Below, in pieces: positions 1-8,372 of a DNA stretch of 32,000 nt. Position 1 is the stretch's first letter. Every line of letters starts with the position of its first letter. The position numbers and the translations under genes were made by a program. The notes beneath the pieces are model-generated. The model had not been told where the DNA came from, searched no databases, and saw only the letters and a program-made list of their open reading frames with translations. This DNA comes from Candidatus Saccharimonadota bacterium. Its GTDB lineage: Bacteria; Patescibacteriota; Gracilibacteria; UBA1369; 2-02-FULL-48-14. Where the stretch lies: the NCBI GenBank assembly GCA_041661045.1, contig JBAZVE010000001.1, positions 1,200,001 to 1,232,000 of the forward strand, written 5' to 3'.

Positions 1-1191
1 GCCAAGGGTTGGCCCATTCCACCTTTTTTAAAAGATTTGATTCGCACGGAAATTGAGATTCCCGGGGATAAAGTTTTTGGCTACACCCATTCCCGCGGGC
101 ACATTGAAACGCGCAAATGGATCACACAATACTGCAAACGGTTCTCTCCAAGTGTGGATTTGGACTACGAAAATGTGCTGATCACCAGCGGGCTTGGAGC
201 CGGAATTTCTGCGCTGTACCACATGCTCCCCAAAGGGCTTCGCATCCTACAGCCGAGCCCCTCTTACCCCACGCACGCGTCCATGGAATCTTTTGCGGCC
301 GGTGCGGATCCCATTTTATACAAACTGGATCCCCTCAATAATTGGCAGCCCGATCTTGCGGATATGGAGGCTCAAATTGTGGCGCATCCGGAAGTGATTG
401 GAATTTTGCTCATCAATCCCAACAACCCCACCGGAGCCATTTACAGCAAAGAGACCTTGGAAAAAGTGATTGCCTTAGCCAAAGCCCACGGACTGATGAT
501 TTTTTCGGATGAGATTTATTTCCGATTGGTTTACAACGATATGAACTTTGTTTCCATCACGGAATTGGCGCACGAGCAGGTGCCTTTGGTGGTGATGCGC
601 GGCCTCTCCAAAGATGTGCCTTGGCCTGGCGGCCGCTGCGGTTGGCTGGAATTTCATGGCACTCACTTGGATAAGGATTATAAGGATTATGTGGACTCGG
701 TAAAAAAACGCGTGTTGATGGAAGTGTGCAGCGTGACCCTGCCTCAGTTTTTGCTCCCCAAAATTTATGAGCATCCGGATTTTGAAACTTGGCTTCACTC
801 CTACAATGCACATTTGGAGGAGAACAGCCGGATCATTGCGGAAATTTTATCTGGCGTGAAGGGGCTCACGGTGAATCGCACCAATGGAGCTTTTTACATG
901 ATGCCGATTTTTGAAGAGGGCGTGCTGAAGCCCGGTCAAACCCTGCCGATTGAGCATGAAGGCGTGCGCAAATTTGTAGAAGAAAAGACGGCGAATCCGG
1001 ATCTTCCGCTGGATAAACGATTTGTGTATTACCTCTTGGCGAACACCGGCATTTGCAGCGTTCCCGCCAGCAGTTTCTTTAGCCCGCACCTGGGCTTCCG
1101 CATCACCACTCTGGACTATCACCCCGACCGCCTCAAAGAGATCTACGAAAAACTGGCGAGGGCGATTGAGGGGTATTTGGCGAGCTGCTAG
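1..1191 (+). CDS. Class I/II PLP-dependent aminotransferase (alanine/aspartate aminotransferase-like); 5' end probably outside the window
   Basis: ORF 37..1191 (384 aa). The frame stays open back to nt 1 (AKGWPIPPFLKDL...), so the true start is likely upstream. Family-typical motifs are present: INPNNPTG, FSDEIY and RGLSKD (PLP-lysine region). Confidence 0.8.
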   Translation, partial: AKGWPIPPFLKDLIRTEIEIPGDKVFGYTHSRGHIETRKWITQYCKRFSPSVDLDYENVLITSGLGAGISALYHMLPKGLRILQPSPSYPTHASMESFAAGADPILYKLDPLNNWQPDLADMEAQIVAHPEVIGILLINPNNPTGAIYSKETLEKVIALAKAHGLMIFSDEIYFRLVYNDMNFVSITELAHEQVPLVVMRGLSKDVPWPGGRCGWLEFHGTHLDKDYKDYVDSVKKRVLMEVCSVTLPQFLLPKIYEHPDFETWLHSYNAHLEENSRIIAEILSGVKGLTVNRTNGAFYMMPIFEEGVLKPGQTLPIEHEGVRKFVEEKTANPDLPLDKRFVYYLLANTGICSVPASSFFSPHLGFRITTLDYHPDRLKEIYEKLARAIEGYLASC

Positions 1192-1196
1192 ACGGA

Positions 1197-2744
1197 TCAA
1201 CCCAAGCTCTTTCGCATGACGGCGGCTTCGACGAGGTCGGCTTGAAAGTCGATGCCCATTTCGCGTTTGAAGAGGATGTTTGAGGTGAGGTTGCGGTGCA
1301 GGAAGTGATTGGGTTTTTGGGGCCCGAGTTCAATTTGGAGGATTTGCTGGGTGAGTTCGACATCTTCTAAGATTTCCTTCGCCCAGGTTTCCGTCTCAGC
1401 AAATTTTTCAAGATTTTCTCTATTCAAGTACTTGCCCGCATGTTTGAGTTCGGATCGGATCGTGAAAAAATGTTCTTCTAAAAGTGGGAGGAGGCCAAGT
1501 TCTTTGACCTGTTTGAGGGCCCGCCCTGTGCCGATGAATTCGGGGGGGATGCCGAGGGAATAACAGGCTCCCGTGAAGGTGATGGCTCTGGGCAATTTGA
1601 TTTCACCCACTCCCCTGTTGTAGCCAAATAAACCGATGTGCTGCACGCGTTCACGACGAGCGGGAATGTGCTTTGCCATTTCGTTGATGAGAGGAGCAAA
1701 ACCTTCCAGTGTGGGGTGATAAGTATTTTTAAAAAGCTGAATGAGGTCTTTGAGTTTGGCAAAGGTCGCATCGTCAAATTCGGGGGCTTTCTTTTTTGGG
1801 AGTTCGGACTCGATGAATTTCAGCGCTTTTTGAACTTCTTCTTGAGGGTAGTCATAACGGAAGGCGGATTGGATGGATATGGTCCGCACTCCTTCGTATT
1901 GAGGGAGCACTTGTTCTATATTCTCGGGGTTGATTCCGCCGCGGAAAGGCAAGGACCCACTTCCGATGATGGGGTACATGGGGATGCCGGTTTCTTTTTC
2001 GAGGCGAGCGATTTCGCGAAGTGCGAGGCGGGAGGCGAGCACGGCTGGTACAAAACCCGCGTTTAGAGCTGGGTCAGACCGTGCGATGAAGACGCGAAGA
2101 TAGGGCGGATCTTTTTTAAAATGTTCTCTGTGGAGCCGTAGAAATTCGGCGAGCACTGTGGCACAGCCTGCGAGGTCGTCCACGCTTTCGAAAAGAGGAA
2201 TGATATGGATGTAATCTCCTCCAAAACGGTTGGCATCCGCTCCTTCTTCATCTGAAAAAATCTGTTCGTGAAGTTGAGCGGTTCGTTCGAAGGTTTTTTG
2301 AATATGAATGAGTTGATCCGCCGATTTGGTCATGGGCAAAATCAGCTCAAAAACAGGTGGTGTGTTCAGCCCCAGGGACTTCATGAACTCAGCGGCGGAG
2401 AGCACGCTCATGTAGGCGCGCGCGAGTTTAAAAGACTTTTCTTCCCAAATGTTGGGGATGCGAAGGGTGATGAAGCGATCTTTTCCCAGTTGATCCTTTT
2501 TAAAATCCTCAAAATAATTGGAGAGCAGGCGCTCGATCATGCCTTCGTCGGCGAACTTGCCTTCCCAGTCCCACATGTATTCATCACAGCCGAGCCCAAA
2601 AAAACTCTGATAAATTTCCTCCACTTCTTTGTGCGTGTTTATAAAAGGTGAGTCTGTCCAAAAAGGCGCACAGGCGTTGTCGGGGTGCTGAGTGGCCATG
2701 AGAGCCGGGATTTTGCGCGAGGTGATGGGGTTGAACATGAGCAT
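1197..2744 (-). CDS. ppcA: Archaeal-type phosphoenolpyruvate carboxylase (PepcA family)
   Basis: 515-aa ORF. The N-terminal motif IPALMATQHPDN and a length near 520 aa are characteristic of archaeal-type PEPC, not the roughly 900-aa bacterial Ppc. It is convergent with the aminotransferase with only a 5-nt gap. Confidence 0.8.
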   Translation of the reverse strand: MLMFNPITSRKIPALMATQHPDNACAPFWTDSPFINTHKEVEEIYQSFFGLGCDEYMWDWEGKFADEGMIERLLSNYFEDFKKDQLGKDRFITLRIPNIWEEKSFKLARAYMSVLSAAEFMKSLGLNTPPVFELILPMTKSADQLIHIQKTFERTAQLHEQIFSDEEGADANRFGGDYIHIIPLFESVDDLAGCATVLAEFLRLHREHFKKDPPYLRVFIARSDPALNAGFVPAVLASRLALREIARLEKETGIPMYPIIGSGSLPFRGGINPENIEQVLPQYEGVRTISIQSAFRYDYPQEEVQKALKFIESELPKKKAPEFDDATFAKLKDLIQLFKNTYHPTLEGFAPLINEMAKHIPARRERVQHIGLFGYNRGVGEIKLPRAITFTGACYSLGIPPEFIGTGRALKQVKELGLLPLLEEHFFTIRSELKHAGKYLNRENLEKFAETETWAKEILEDVELTQQILQIELGPQKPNHFLHRNLTSNILFKREMGIDFQADLVEAAVMRKSLG

Positions 2745-2748
2745 AATT

Positions 2749-2759
2749 TATATTATATT
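2749..2759. promoter_or_regulatory. Overlapping divergent -10 boxes in the 22-bp spacer between ppcA and ORF 2767
   Basis: On the minus strand, TATAAT is at 2757..2752, 7 nt from the ppcA ATG (2744). On the plus strand, TATATT is at 2754..2759, 7 nt from the ATG at 2767. Confidence 0.4.
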
Positions 2760-2766
2760 TACCCCT

Positions 2767-3309
2767 ATGGCCACAGAATCTGCCGCTCAAATTTCTCCGA
2801 AATGGGGTATTGAAACCAGTCTTGCCCGCGCCCGTGAAGGTGGACCTGTTCGTGTGGCTGCTCTCGTTCGCGGAGAACCTTATGGTCAGCCTGTTGCAAT
2901 AGAAAATCTGATTAGATCCAGTTTTGACAATGTGCTCCTGGACTTACAATTCCGACAACCTGGAGAACATGCCTTGGCTTATAGCCTCGGAGGGGACCCA
3001 GATGCTTTTGCACTGGGACTCATTGAAGTGCCTGCAAGAATACAGGAAAATGGGCCTCTCGATTTCTTAGGGTATGTCTCAACATTTTGGACTTCTTCTC
3101 GATCTTTTTTGCCCGTACTGGTGAGTACGGAATATTCTTATGATCGTCAACAGAGCTCCCAAGAACTCGTGGAGAGTTGTGCTCAATGGCATGCTTTGTA
3201 TTTAAACTCCACTACTGATTCTTTGATTTCTGATCTCCGTATTTTTTTTGAGTGCGTCAAAACGGGAAGACCCTTCCTTGATAATGTCCATTTCCCTTTC
3301 AGGCCGTAA
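2767..3309 (+). CDS. Hypothetical protein (180 aa)
   Basis: Track ORF 2692..3309. I moved the start to the ATG at 2767 because 2692-2744 overlaps the ppcA coding start. A -10-like hexamer lies 7 nt upstream. No recognisable motifs. The 3' end overlaps the dcd 3' end by 11 nt (convergent). Confidence 0.4.
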   Translation: MATESAAQISPKWGIETSLARAREGGPVRVAALVRGEPYGQPVAIENLIRSSFDNVLLDLQFRQPGEHALAYSLGGDPDAFALGLIEVPARIQENGPLDFLGYVSTFWTSSRSFLPVLVSTEYSYDRQQSSQELVESCAQWHALYLNSTTDSLISDLRIFFECVKTGRPFLDNVHFPFRP

Positions 3310-3901
3310 GTTTAATCTTATCGAATTCCGGATCGATGGTGAGGCGGCTTTCTTCGGGTAGGCTTTGGCCCTGATATTTTGAGCTGGCTTTTTTGTTGTA
3401 TGGAATGTCGGCGGGGCTGCTCATTTCTTCAAAAGCCAATTGGCAGACGCGCATTCCTGGATAGAGCGCCACGGGCATACGGTTGATGTTGGTGATTTCG
3501 AGCGTGATGGTTCCTTCGAATCCGGCATCAATGAAGCCGGCGGTGGAATGCACGATGATTCCGAGTCGCCCGAGGGAGCTTCGGCCTTCCACACGGGCCA
3601 CGATGTCGTCCCCAAGTTTTACTTTTTCCATGGTCACTCCCAACACAAAATCGCCAGGATGAACGATGAAAGGCTCCTCCGGATTGGTGATTTCCACCAA
3701 AGTCGTGAGCCCTTGAAAGGACTGCATCTTAAGCGGATCGAGCACTGGAAATTTGCTGTGGTTGTAAACCTTAAACCACTTCCCCAGTCGCAAATCCATG
3801 CTGGACGCATGCACATTCTTTTCGTGATCTCCCTCTGGAGATTCAACAGCAATGCGTCCGCTTTGAAGGGCAATTTTGATGTCGTGGTCGGATAGAATCA
3901 T
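3299..3901 (-). CDS. dcd: dCTP deaminase (possibly the bifunctional dUMP-forming type)
   Basis: 200 aa. It is collinear with Dcd: MILSDHDI..., VEGRSSLGRLGI, AGFIDAGFEGTITLEI, PYNKK..KYQGQ. Confidence 0.9.
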   Translation of the reverse strand: MILSDHDIKIALQSGRIAVESPEGDHEKNVHASSMDLRLGKWFKVYNHSKFPVLDPLKMQSFQGLTTLVEITNPEEPFIVHPGDFVLGVTMEKVKLGDDIVARVEGRSSLGRLGIIVHSTAGFIDAGFEGTITLEITNINRMPVALYPGMRVCQLAFEEMSSPADIPYNKKASSKYQGQSLPEESRLTIDPEFDKIKLTA

Positions 3902-3922
3902 GATGTGGCTTTATGTAAGCCA

Positions 3923-3951
3923 AATCTACCGTTCTCTGACTTAAGCCGCAA
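3923..3951 (-). promoter_or_regulatory. Candidate sigma70-type promoter for dcd (TTGCGG-17-TAGATT)
   Basis: On the minus strand, TTGCGG is at 3951..3946 and TAGATT at 3928..3923, with a 17-nt spacer. It lies about 22 nt upstream of the dcd ATG (3901). Confidence 0.3.
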
Positions 3952-3986
3952 GGGCTTGTTTTCCAGCTCAATGGAATGAGCTTTTA

Positions 3987-5450
3987 TCAATCGTATGCTT
4001 TCCCGGGTAGCTTGATATGCCAAAGCCCACCAGGTGAATGCACACAGTTGAATGTGTTCCAGGCGTCTCTATACGCAAACTCTCGTGGTATTTCCGCAAA
4101 TTGCCTAGGGTCTAGTGGTCTGTTTGTTGTATTTACTACCGTGACTACGGGTGGCATGATTGTCCACTTGCATTCAAATACGCCAGGATGTAACGAACGT
4201 AAACGCTCTAGTGTTTCTCTAGTTGTGTCTACCCCCTTTCTACTTAACCCTCCACCATCAACATCGTCTTGAATAGCCAAAGTCGGAACATTGTGAGTTG
4301 TATAACTCCCTCTTTGTCTTATGATTTCATCTCGCCCCTCCCTTTTTAGAGTGGGACTATCTGCGTTTACCGTGAGTAGATCTACAAGATGCCCGGCCAT
4401 TCTTAGGTCATGTGAGGCTGCATGAACAAGGCGAGCCGTCATTGTGGTTTTTCCGATTTGTGATGGACCTTCAACCCATATAAATGAGGGGCAATAGGGA
4501 GTCGCTAAAAGCTTTTCCATAACTAGGGCTGCATGGGCTACTTGTTCTGGACGAATTGGTCTGTTCCCCCCAGCTTGATCCCAAAGTAAACCTTCTGCTG
4601 TCCACATTTTAGTCACACCCCCGCAAGGCCATTCATTTGCCGGTTTTTTTACTTCGCGTGGCTCCCCTAAATTTCTGACCAATTCTAGTGCTCTAACTCC
4701 TAAATTTTCCAAATGTTCAGTCACTACACTATTGAACTCAGCGCGACTTGGCACTGCTGGCTCACAGATAAGAACTCTTTCCGCTTCTTTTTTTGAACGG
4801 GTCGTGTGGAGTCTAGCCATTAGTTGATTGTCGCCATGCAAAAGATCAAATTCCTCATTTGTCAGTGGTCCGAAGACTCTTGGTTTTTCTGTATGGCCAC
4901 TATTTCTTCCGTTGATATACTCATTAAGCATTGTCCTTAATGACGCTATGTAATTTCCAAACTTTCCTTTACCTTCATGCCTCCAGTCGTGGACATCAAA
5001 TTGTTTTAAGAATGTGTCTAGATGTAGGCCAATACTTGGATCATTTGAGCTGTCCCGTATCACTACATCTCTTCCCTGTCTTAGCGCTGCTCCAATTAGC
5101 TCCAAGTCTTCAGGTCGAGGTTCAATTGACCACCCAAGCACTTCTGGTTTGTCAGGGCCATCAAACATGGTGCCAATTTGACCAACTACCCTTCCAAAAT
5201 GTTCAGTAAGTTCTGGGTTCTCTCTCGGTGCTAGGAGATTTCCTGTAATCGAGCAACTAGAATGGCCTTTGGTGGGAGGTTTTGTTGGGGAGTGAATTGG
5301 TGTCTCTCCTTTCTGATGTGAATCTACTGCATCATCAATTAGCATCTTATAGTGACCACCCAGTGTAGGGTTTTTGTCTATTTTGATTTTGGTCTGACTG
5401 GCCGGTTTAGCGGGGTAAAATGAGACACCTTCGGGAATACTTCTTCGCAT
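3987..5450 (-). CDS. P-loop NTPase with SF3-helicase-like motifs A, B and C in the C-terminal third; N-terminal ~320 aa unrecognised
   Basis: 487-aa ORF. Walker A is FIWVEGPSQIGKTT (aa 323-336, nt 4446..4469 for GPSQIGKT). Walker B-like is TLAIQDDVD (aa 390-398). Motif C-like is VVTVVNTTN (aa 435-443). All three fall within about 120 aa, the compact arrangement typical of superfamily 3 helicases of viruses and plasmids. No HUH or primase motif was seen. Confidence 0.45.
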   Translation of the reverse strand: MRRSIPEGVSFYPAKPASQTKIKIDKNPTLGGHYKMLIDDAVDSHQKGETPIHSPTKPPTKGHSSCSITGNLLAPRENPELTEHFGRVVGQIGTMFDGPDKPEVLGWSIEPRPEDLELIGAALRQGRDVVIRDSSNDPSIGLHLDTFLKQFDVHDWRHEGKGKFGNYIASLRTMLNEYINGRNSGHTEKPRVFGPLTNEEFDLLHGDNQLMARLHTTRSKKEAERVLICEPAVPSRAEFNSVVTEHLENLGVRALELVRNLGEPREVKKPANEWPCGGVTKMWTAEGLLWDQAGGNRPIRPEQVAHAALVMEKLLATPYCPSFIWVEGPSQIGKTTMTARLVHAASHDLRMAGHLVDLLTVNADSPTLKREGRDEIIRQRGSYTTHNVPTLAIQDDVDGGGLSRKGVDTTRETLERLRSLHPGVFECKWTIMPPVVTVVNTTNRPLDPRQFAEIPREFAYRDAWNTFNCVHSPGGLWHIKLPGKAYD

Positions 5451-5545
5451 AGTGTTAATGTTGTAACTAAGCCAGCATCATAAAAAAGATTACCAGACTC
5501 CACAATGAGCGGGTTGTCAAAATTCTTGTTTTGATCTGTTAAAAA

Positions 5546-5568
5546 CTGCCAACAGTAGTTGCTGGCAG
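5546..5568. repeat. Imperfect inverted repeat in a divergent promoter region (candidate operator)
   Basis: The sequence is CTGCCAACAGTAGTTGCTGGCAG. The arms CTGCCA/TGGCAG and CAAC/GTTG can pair with a small bulge. It lies 14 nt upstream of the -35 of the 5582..5610 promoter. Confidence 0.25.
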
Positions 5569-5581
5569 AGGGACTTGGTTA

Positions 5582-5610
5582 TTGACGAATTTGTAAAATA
5601 GTTGTATATT
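5582..5610 (+). promoter_or_regulatory. Candidate sigma70-type promoter (TTGACG-17-TATATT) for the 639-aa ORFan
   Basis: TTGACG is at 5582..5587, followed by a 17-nt spacer and TATATT at 5605..5610. The ATG at 5620 is only 9 nt after the -10, giving a very short or absent leader. Confidence 0.45.
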
Positions 5611-5619
5611 GCAGGTCGA

Positions 5620-7539
5620 ATGAATTCAATCTCTGAGGAAATTGCTCTTGATGCTCCTCCCTCTCGTGAAAACCTACGAGATGCTCAATTGTATTTCATT
5701 GTTGGTTTGTCCAATGGACAGATCGTAAGGCAGGGTGAACACACCCTTCCCTTGGATATCCTTAAGTTTTTGAGGGTTCTGCATGAACAGGAGGGTGTGC
5801 TCATCTTATTTGATGCTCCTGCTTTACTCGATCCTACTGATCATTCATGGGATCCGTCCGCTCAAGAGATGAAGGCTTTTCTTCAGGCGGTTCAAGATGG
5901 AATGGGTCTTAATGGGATCCCTGTTCAGAATGCTTCTGAGGTGCTTGATCCTCAACGGTTCAAGGAGGCTTTTTCTATTATAAAGTCGATACTCTCTCAA
6001 GATCAGACTCTACAGGAACTGATCTGGAAGATCCCTCCTAAAAGTGCAAAGCAAGCAGCTGGTCTTCCTCCCGACGCATTGTGGAATGAACTTCAGGAGG
6101 GCGAACAAGCTAAGGCTTGGTCACTGCTTGATTACGAAATTTTACATTTAACTTTCATCGTTCTCTCCCCTGGACGAAAGATTTTACATGGACGGAGTGA
6201 AGAACGAAGCAAGCAGCTGGTTCAAAAATTAAGAACCCATCCACGGTATTCTCTTCTCGAACCTTACGATCAAAAACAAAGTGTTTGTAAACTCCCAGAG
6301 TTGAGAGAGCGCCACATCCAAGCAGATAAATATCCTAATCCTTATCGAGTTTTAGCTTCATCCTCACCCGCGGTGAAAGGCCAGATTTCCGAGTGTGGGC
6401 AAGTCCCCTTGGTTTCCAGTCTTGCCTTGGGAGATGCTTTCCGAGATCTCGTTCGTGATGGGAAACAGAAAGACTTGTTGAGTTATCTGGATTCCAACCT
6501 TAAAGGAAGTCCTCTCCAGCAGGATTTAGCTAGAGTGGATTGGGGAAATCCGGCGGCTTTGTATCTCTTGGCTGCGCGTTACATCCAAACGGTTTCCTGG
6601 CCCGTTGTAACAGCACGGGCAAAACTCTCTCAAGCTGAGGATCAAAGCTCAATCTGTCGGACGGTCCTGCGCGAATGGGTGGACAGCATTTCTCTATCTC
6701 CAAAACTTCGTGTACTTGTGGAGGTTTTAATGCCCTCACTTTATAAAGAATTGCCTCAAGAGCCGCTGGAGCAGATGGCTTGGTACCTTTCGGGGCTAAG
6801 CGCTCAAGGTGGCGTGGTTGATTCGCTCCTCGATGGACCGGAAAAAACGACTGTTGAGCTCCTCTTACAGATGCTGAGGGAGTTCTATTTGGAGCTGGGA
6901 GGGGGTCCCACTGAACTGGAAGGATCTGATTGGTGGCTCCACTGTGTGGAAATGGATTGCCGGATGAATCGGGGGCAACTGCTCCGATCTTTTGAGTCTG
7001 ATGAATGGATGGATCAGACTGAACCTGAAAGAGAAAATACTGCTGTGGAATTTCTCAAGACTTCAGAGGCCTCCACTCTCTCGTCCGTCGGGGCAAGTGC
7101 CTATCATTCCATGAGGTGGGCCTTAAAAGGAATCCCGGGCTCCCTGGCCCCTATGTCACCCAAAAGTCAGCTTTTTGTTTTTGAACGGGTGCTTTTACCT
7201 TACTTATTAAAAAAAGGGGATACCTTGGCTCAAACCTTGCTTTTTATGAGCGCTTCACATTCGAATGAACTCTCTCGTCTTCGCTTGTACAGCAGCTATT
7301 TGACTCCTTTGCTTACGGCTTACTCGGATGGACGAGCCGAGGATGCACAGATGACCCCTGCAGAGAAGACGGGGGTACATTTTGAATCCGTTCGTGGCAT
7401 TTCTCAGATGTACTCTCTTGATCCTATTGGTTCTGAGCATGTCAAAAATGCAGCCTTTCAGGCGTGGTGGGCGTTAAGACGAGATGAGGTGCCTGAAGCT
7501 GAGATGCCTCCAGAAGTTGTGAGGCATTTGTTACAGTAA
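5620..7539 (+). CDS. Large hypothetical protein (639 aa), ORFan
   Basis: Track ORF 5602..7539 starts at a TTG inside the predicted -10 region. The in-frame ATG at 5620 (MNSISEE...) is the more plausible start. The long uninterrupted frame has no motif I recognise. Confidence 0.6.
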   Translation: MNSISEEIALDAPPSRENLRDAQLYFIVGLSNGQIVRQGEHTLPLDILKFLRVLHEQEGVLILFDAPALLDPTDHSWDPSAQEMKAFLQAVQDGMGLNGIPVQNASEVLDPQRFKEAFSIIKSILSQDQTLQELIWKIPPKSAKQAAGLPPDALWNELQEGEQAKAWSLLDYEILHLTFIVLSPGRKILHGRSEERSKQLVQKLRTHPRYSLLEPYDQKQSVCKLPELRERHIQADKYPNPYRVLASSSPAVKGQISECGQVPLVSSLALGDAFRDLVRDGKQKDLLSYLDSNLKGSPLQQDLARVDWGNPAALYLLAARYIQTVSWPVVTARAKLSQAEDQSSICRTVLREWVDSISLSPKLRVLVEVLMPSLYKELPQEPLEQMAWYLSGLSAQGGVVDSLLDGPEKTTVELLLQMLREFYLELGGGPTELEGSDWWLHCVEMDCRMNRGQLLRSFESDEWMDQTEPERENTAVEFLKTSEASTLSSVGASAYHSMRWALKGIPGSLAPMSPKSQLFVFERVLLPYLLKKGDTLAQTLLFMSASHSNELSRLRLYSSYLTPLLTAYSDGRAEDAQMTPAEKTGVHFESVRGISQMYSLDPIGSEHVKNAAFQAWWALRRDEVPEAEMPPEVVRHLLQ

Positions 7540-7553
7540 GCGCTGTCTAGATC

Positions 7554-7582
7554 TTGACTTTTAATCTGTTAGTAGCTACTGT
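7554..7582 (+). promoter_or_regulatory. Candidate promoter (TTGACT-17-TACTGT) for the TrmB-family gene
   Basis: TTGACT is at 7554..7559, followed by a 17-nt spacer and TACTGT at 7577..7582. The ATG at 7589 is 6 nt after the -10, a leaderless-type geometry. Confidence 0.35.
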
Positions 7583-7588
7583 ACGGAT

Positions 7589-8359
7589 ATGCAGGACTTA
7601 ATTTCATTTCTCAAGGATCAAGGGTTGAGTGAAAAAGAGGCACAGTTGTATTTGGCTGCTTTACGGTATGGCCCCCAGCCCTCATCCTTTTTAGCGGGTA
7701 AAACGGGGTTGCCACGATCGACCGTTGATTATGTTTTTCAAGAGCTGGTTCAGAAAGGTTTTGGGGCTAGTCATAAAGAAAATGAGATTCGATACTATTC
7801 CGCAATAAACCCCGAGCATATTGAGTTTTTTTTGTTGGATAAGCTTGGTGAAGCGAAAAAACAAATGGAATCCTTTAAAGATCTTGTTCCTCTGTTTAAA
7901 CAACAGATGAATATGTGGTCCAGCCTTCCTCTGGTTCAGTATTTTCAGGGTGTAAAGGGGCTGGAACGAATGTTGGATGATTTTTCTTCAGTCGACCAAA
8001 CAGTTCTTTACATCTCCGGCCACAACATGATGCATCCTAAAATTCGTGAATACACCTACGATGTGTACCTTCCAGCCGTCCGTAAGCATAAAAATAAAAA
8101 TAAAATCATCATGAATGATGGTGAGAAAGCCCGAGAATATCAAAAAAAGGCTTCTGAAGCCTATGACGAGTTTATTTTTGTGGATCCTGTGAAATTCCCC
8201 CTCACCCTCACTACAGCTATTTATGGAGATAAGGTTGCTTTTTGGTCTTACGATCCTTCAGATATGAGTGGAGTCATCCTCAAAAATAGTATGATGGCCT
8301 CACAGATGCGTACCATTTTTGAAGCCCTTCGGCAGTTTTTCTCACAAAGCTCCCGCTAG
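7589..8359 (+). CDS. TrmB-family helix-turn-helix transcriptional regulator
   Basis: 256 aa. The N-terminus LSEKEAQLYLAALRYGPQPSSFLAGKTGLPRSTVDYVFQELVQKGF matches the TrmB-type winged HTH. The C-terminal domain is not recognised. Confidence 0.75.
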   Translation: MQDLISFLKDQGLSEKEAQLYLAALRYGPQPSSFLAGKTGLPRSTVDYVFQELVQKGFGASHKENEIRYYSAINPEHIEFFLLDKLGEAKKQMESFKDLVPLFKQQMNMWSSLPLVQYFQGVKGLERMLDDFSSVDQTVLYISGHNMMHPKIREYTYDVYLPAVRKHKNKNKIIMNDGEKAREYQKKASEAYDEFIFVDPVKFPLTLTTAIYGDKVAFWSYDPSDMSGVILKNSMMASQMRTIFEALRQFFSQSSR

Positions 8360-8372
8360 TTGGAGATGGGGT

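Noticed and set aside
2692-2766. An upstream start (2692) for the hypothetical ORF ending at 3309.
   Set aside because: It would overlap the first 53 nt of ppcA on the opposite strand. The ATG at 2767 sits right after the AT-rich promoter-like spacer.
3902-3986. Small hairpins between the SF3-like gene and dcd, considered as terminators or attenuators. They are TGGCTT-tatgt-AAGCCA at about 3905..3921 and AAGCC-gcaag-GGCTT at about 3943..3957.
   Set aside because: The stems are short (5-6 bp) with no U-tract in the minus (transcribed) orientation, so they are not convincing as intrinsic terminators.
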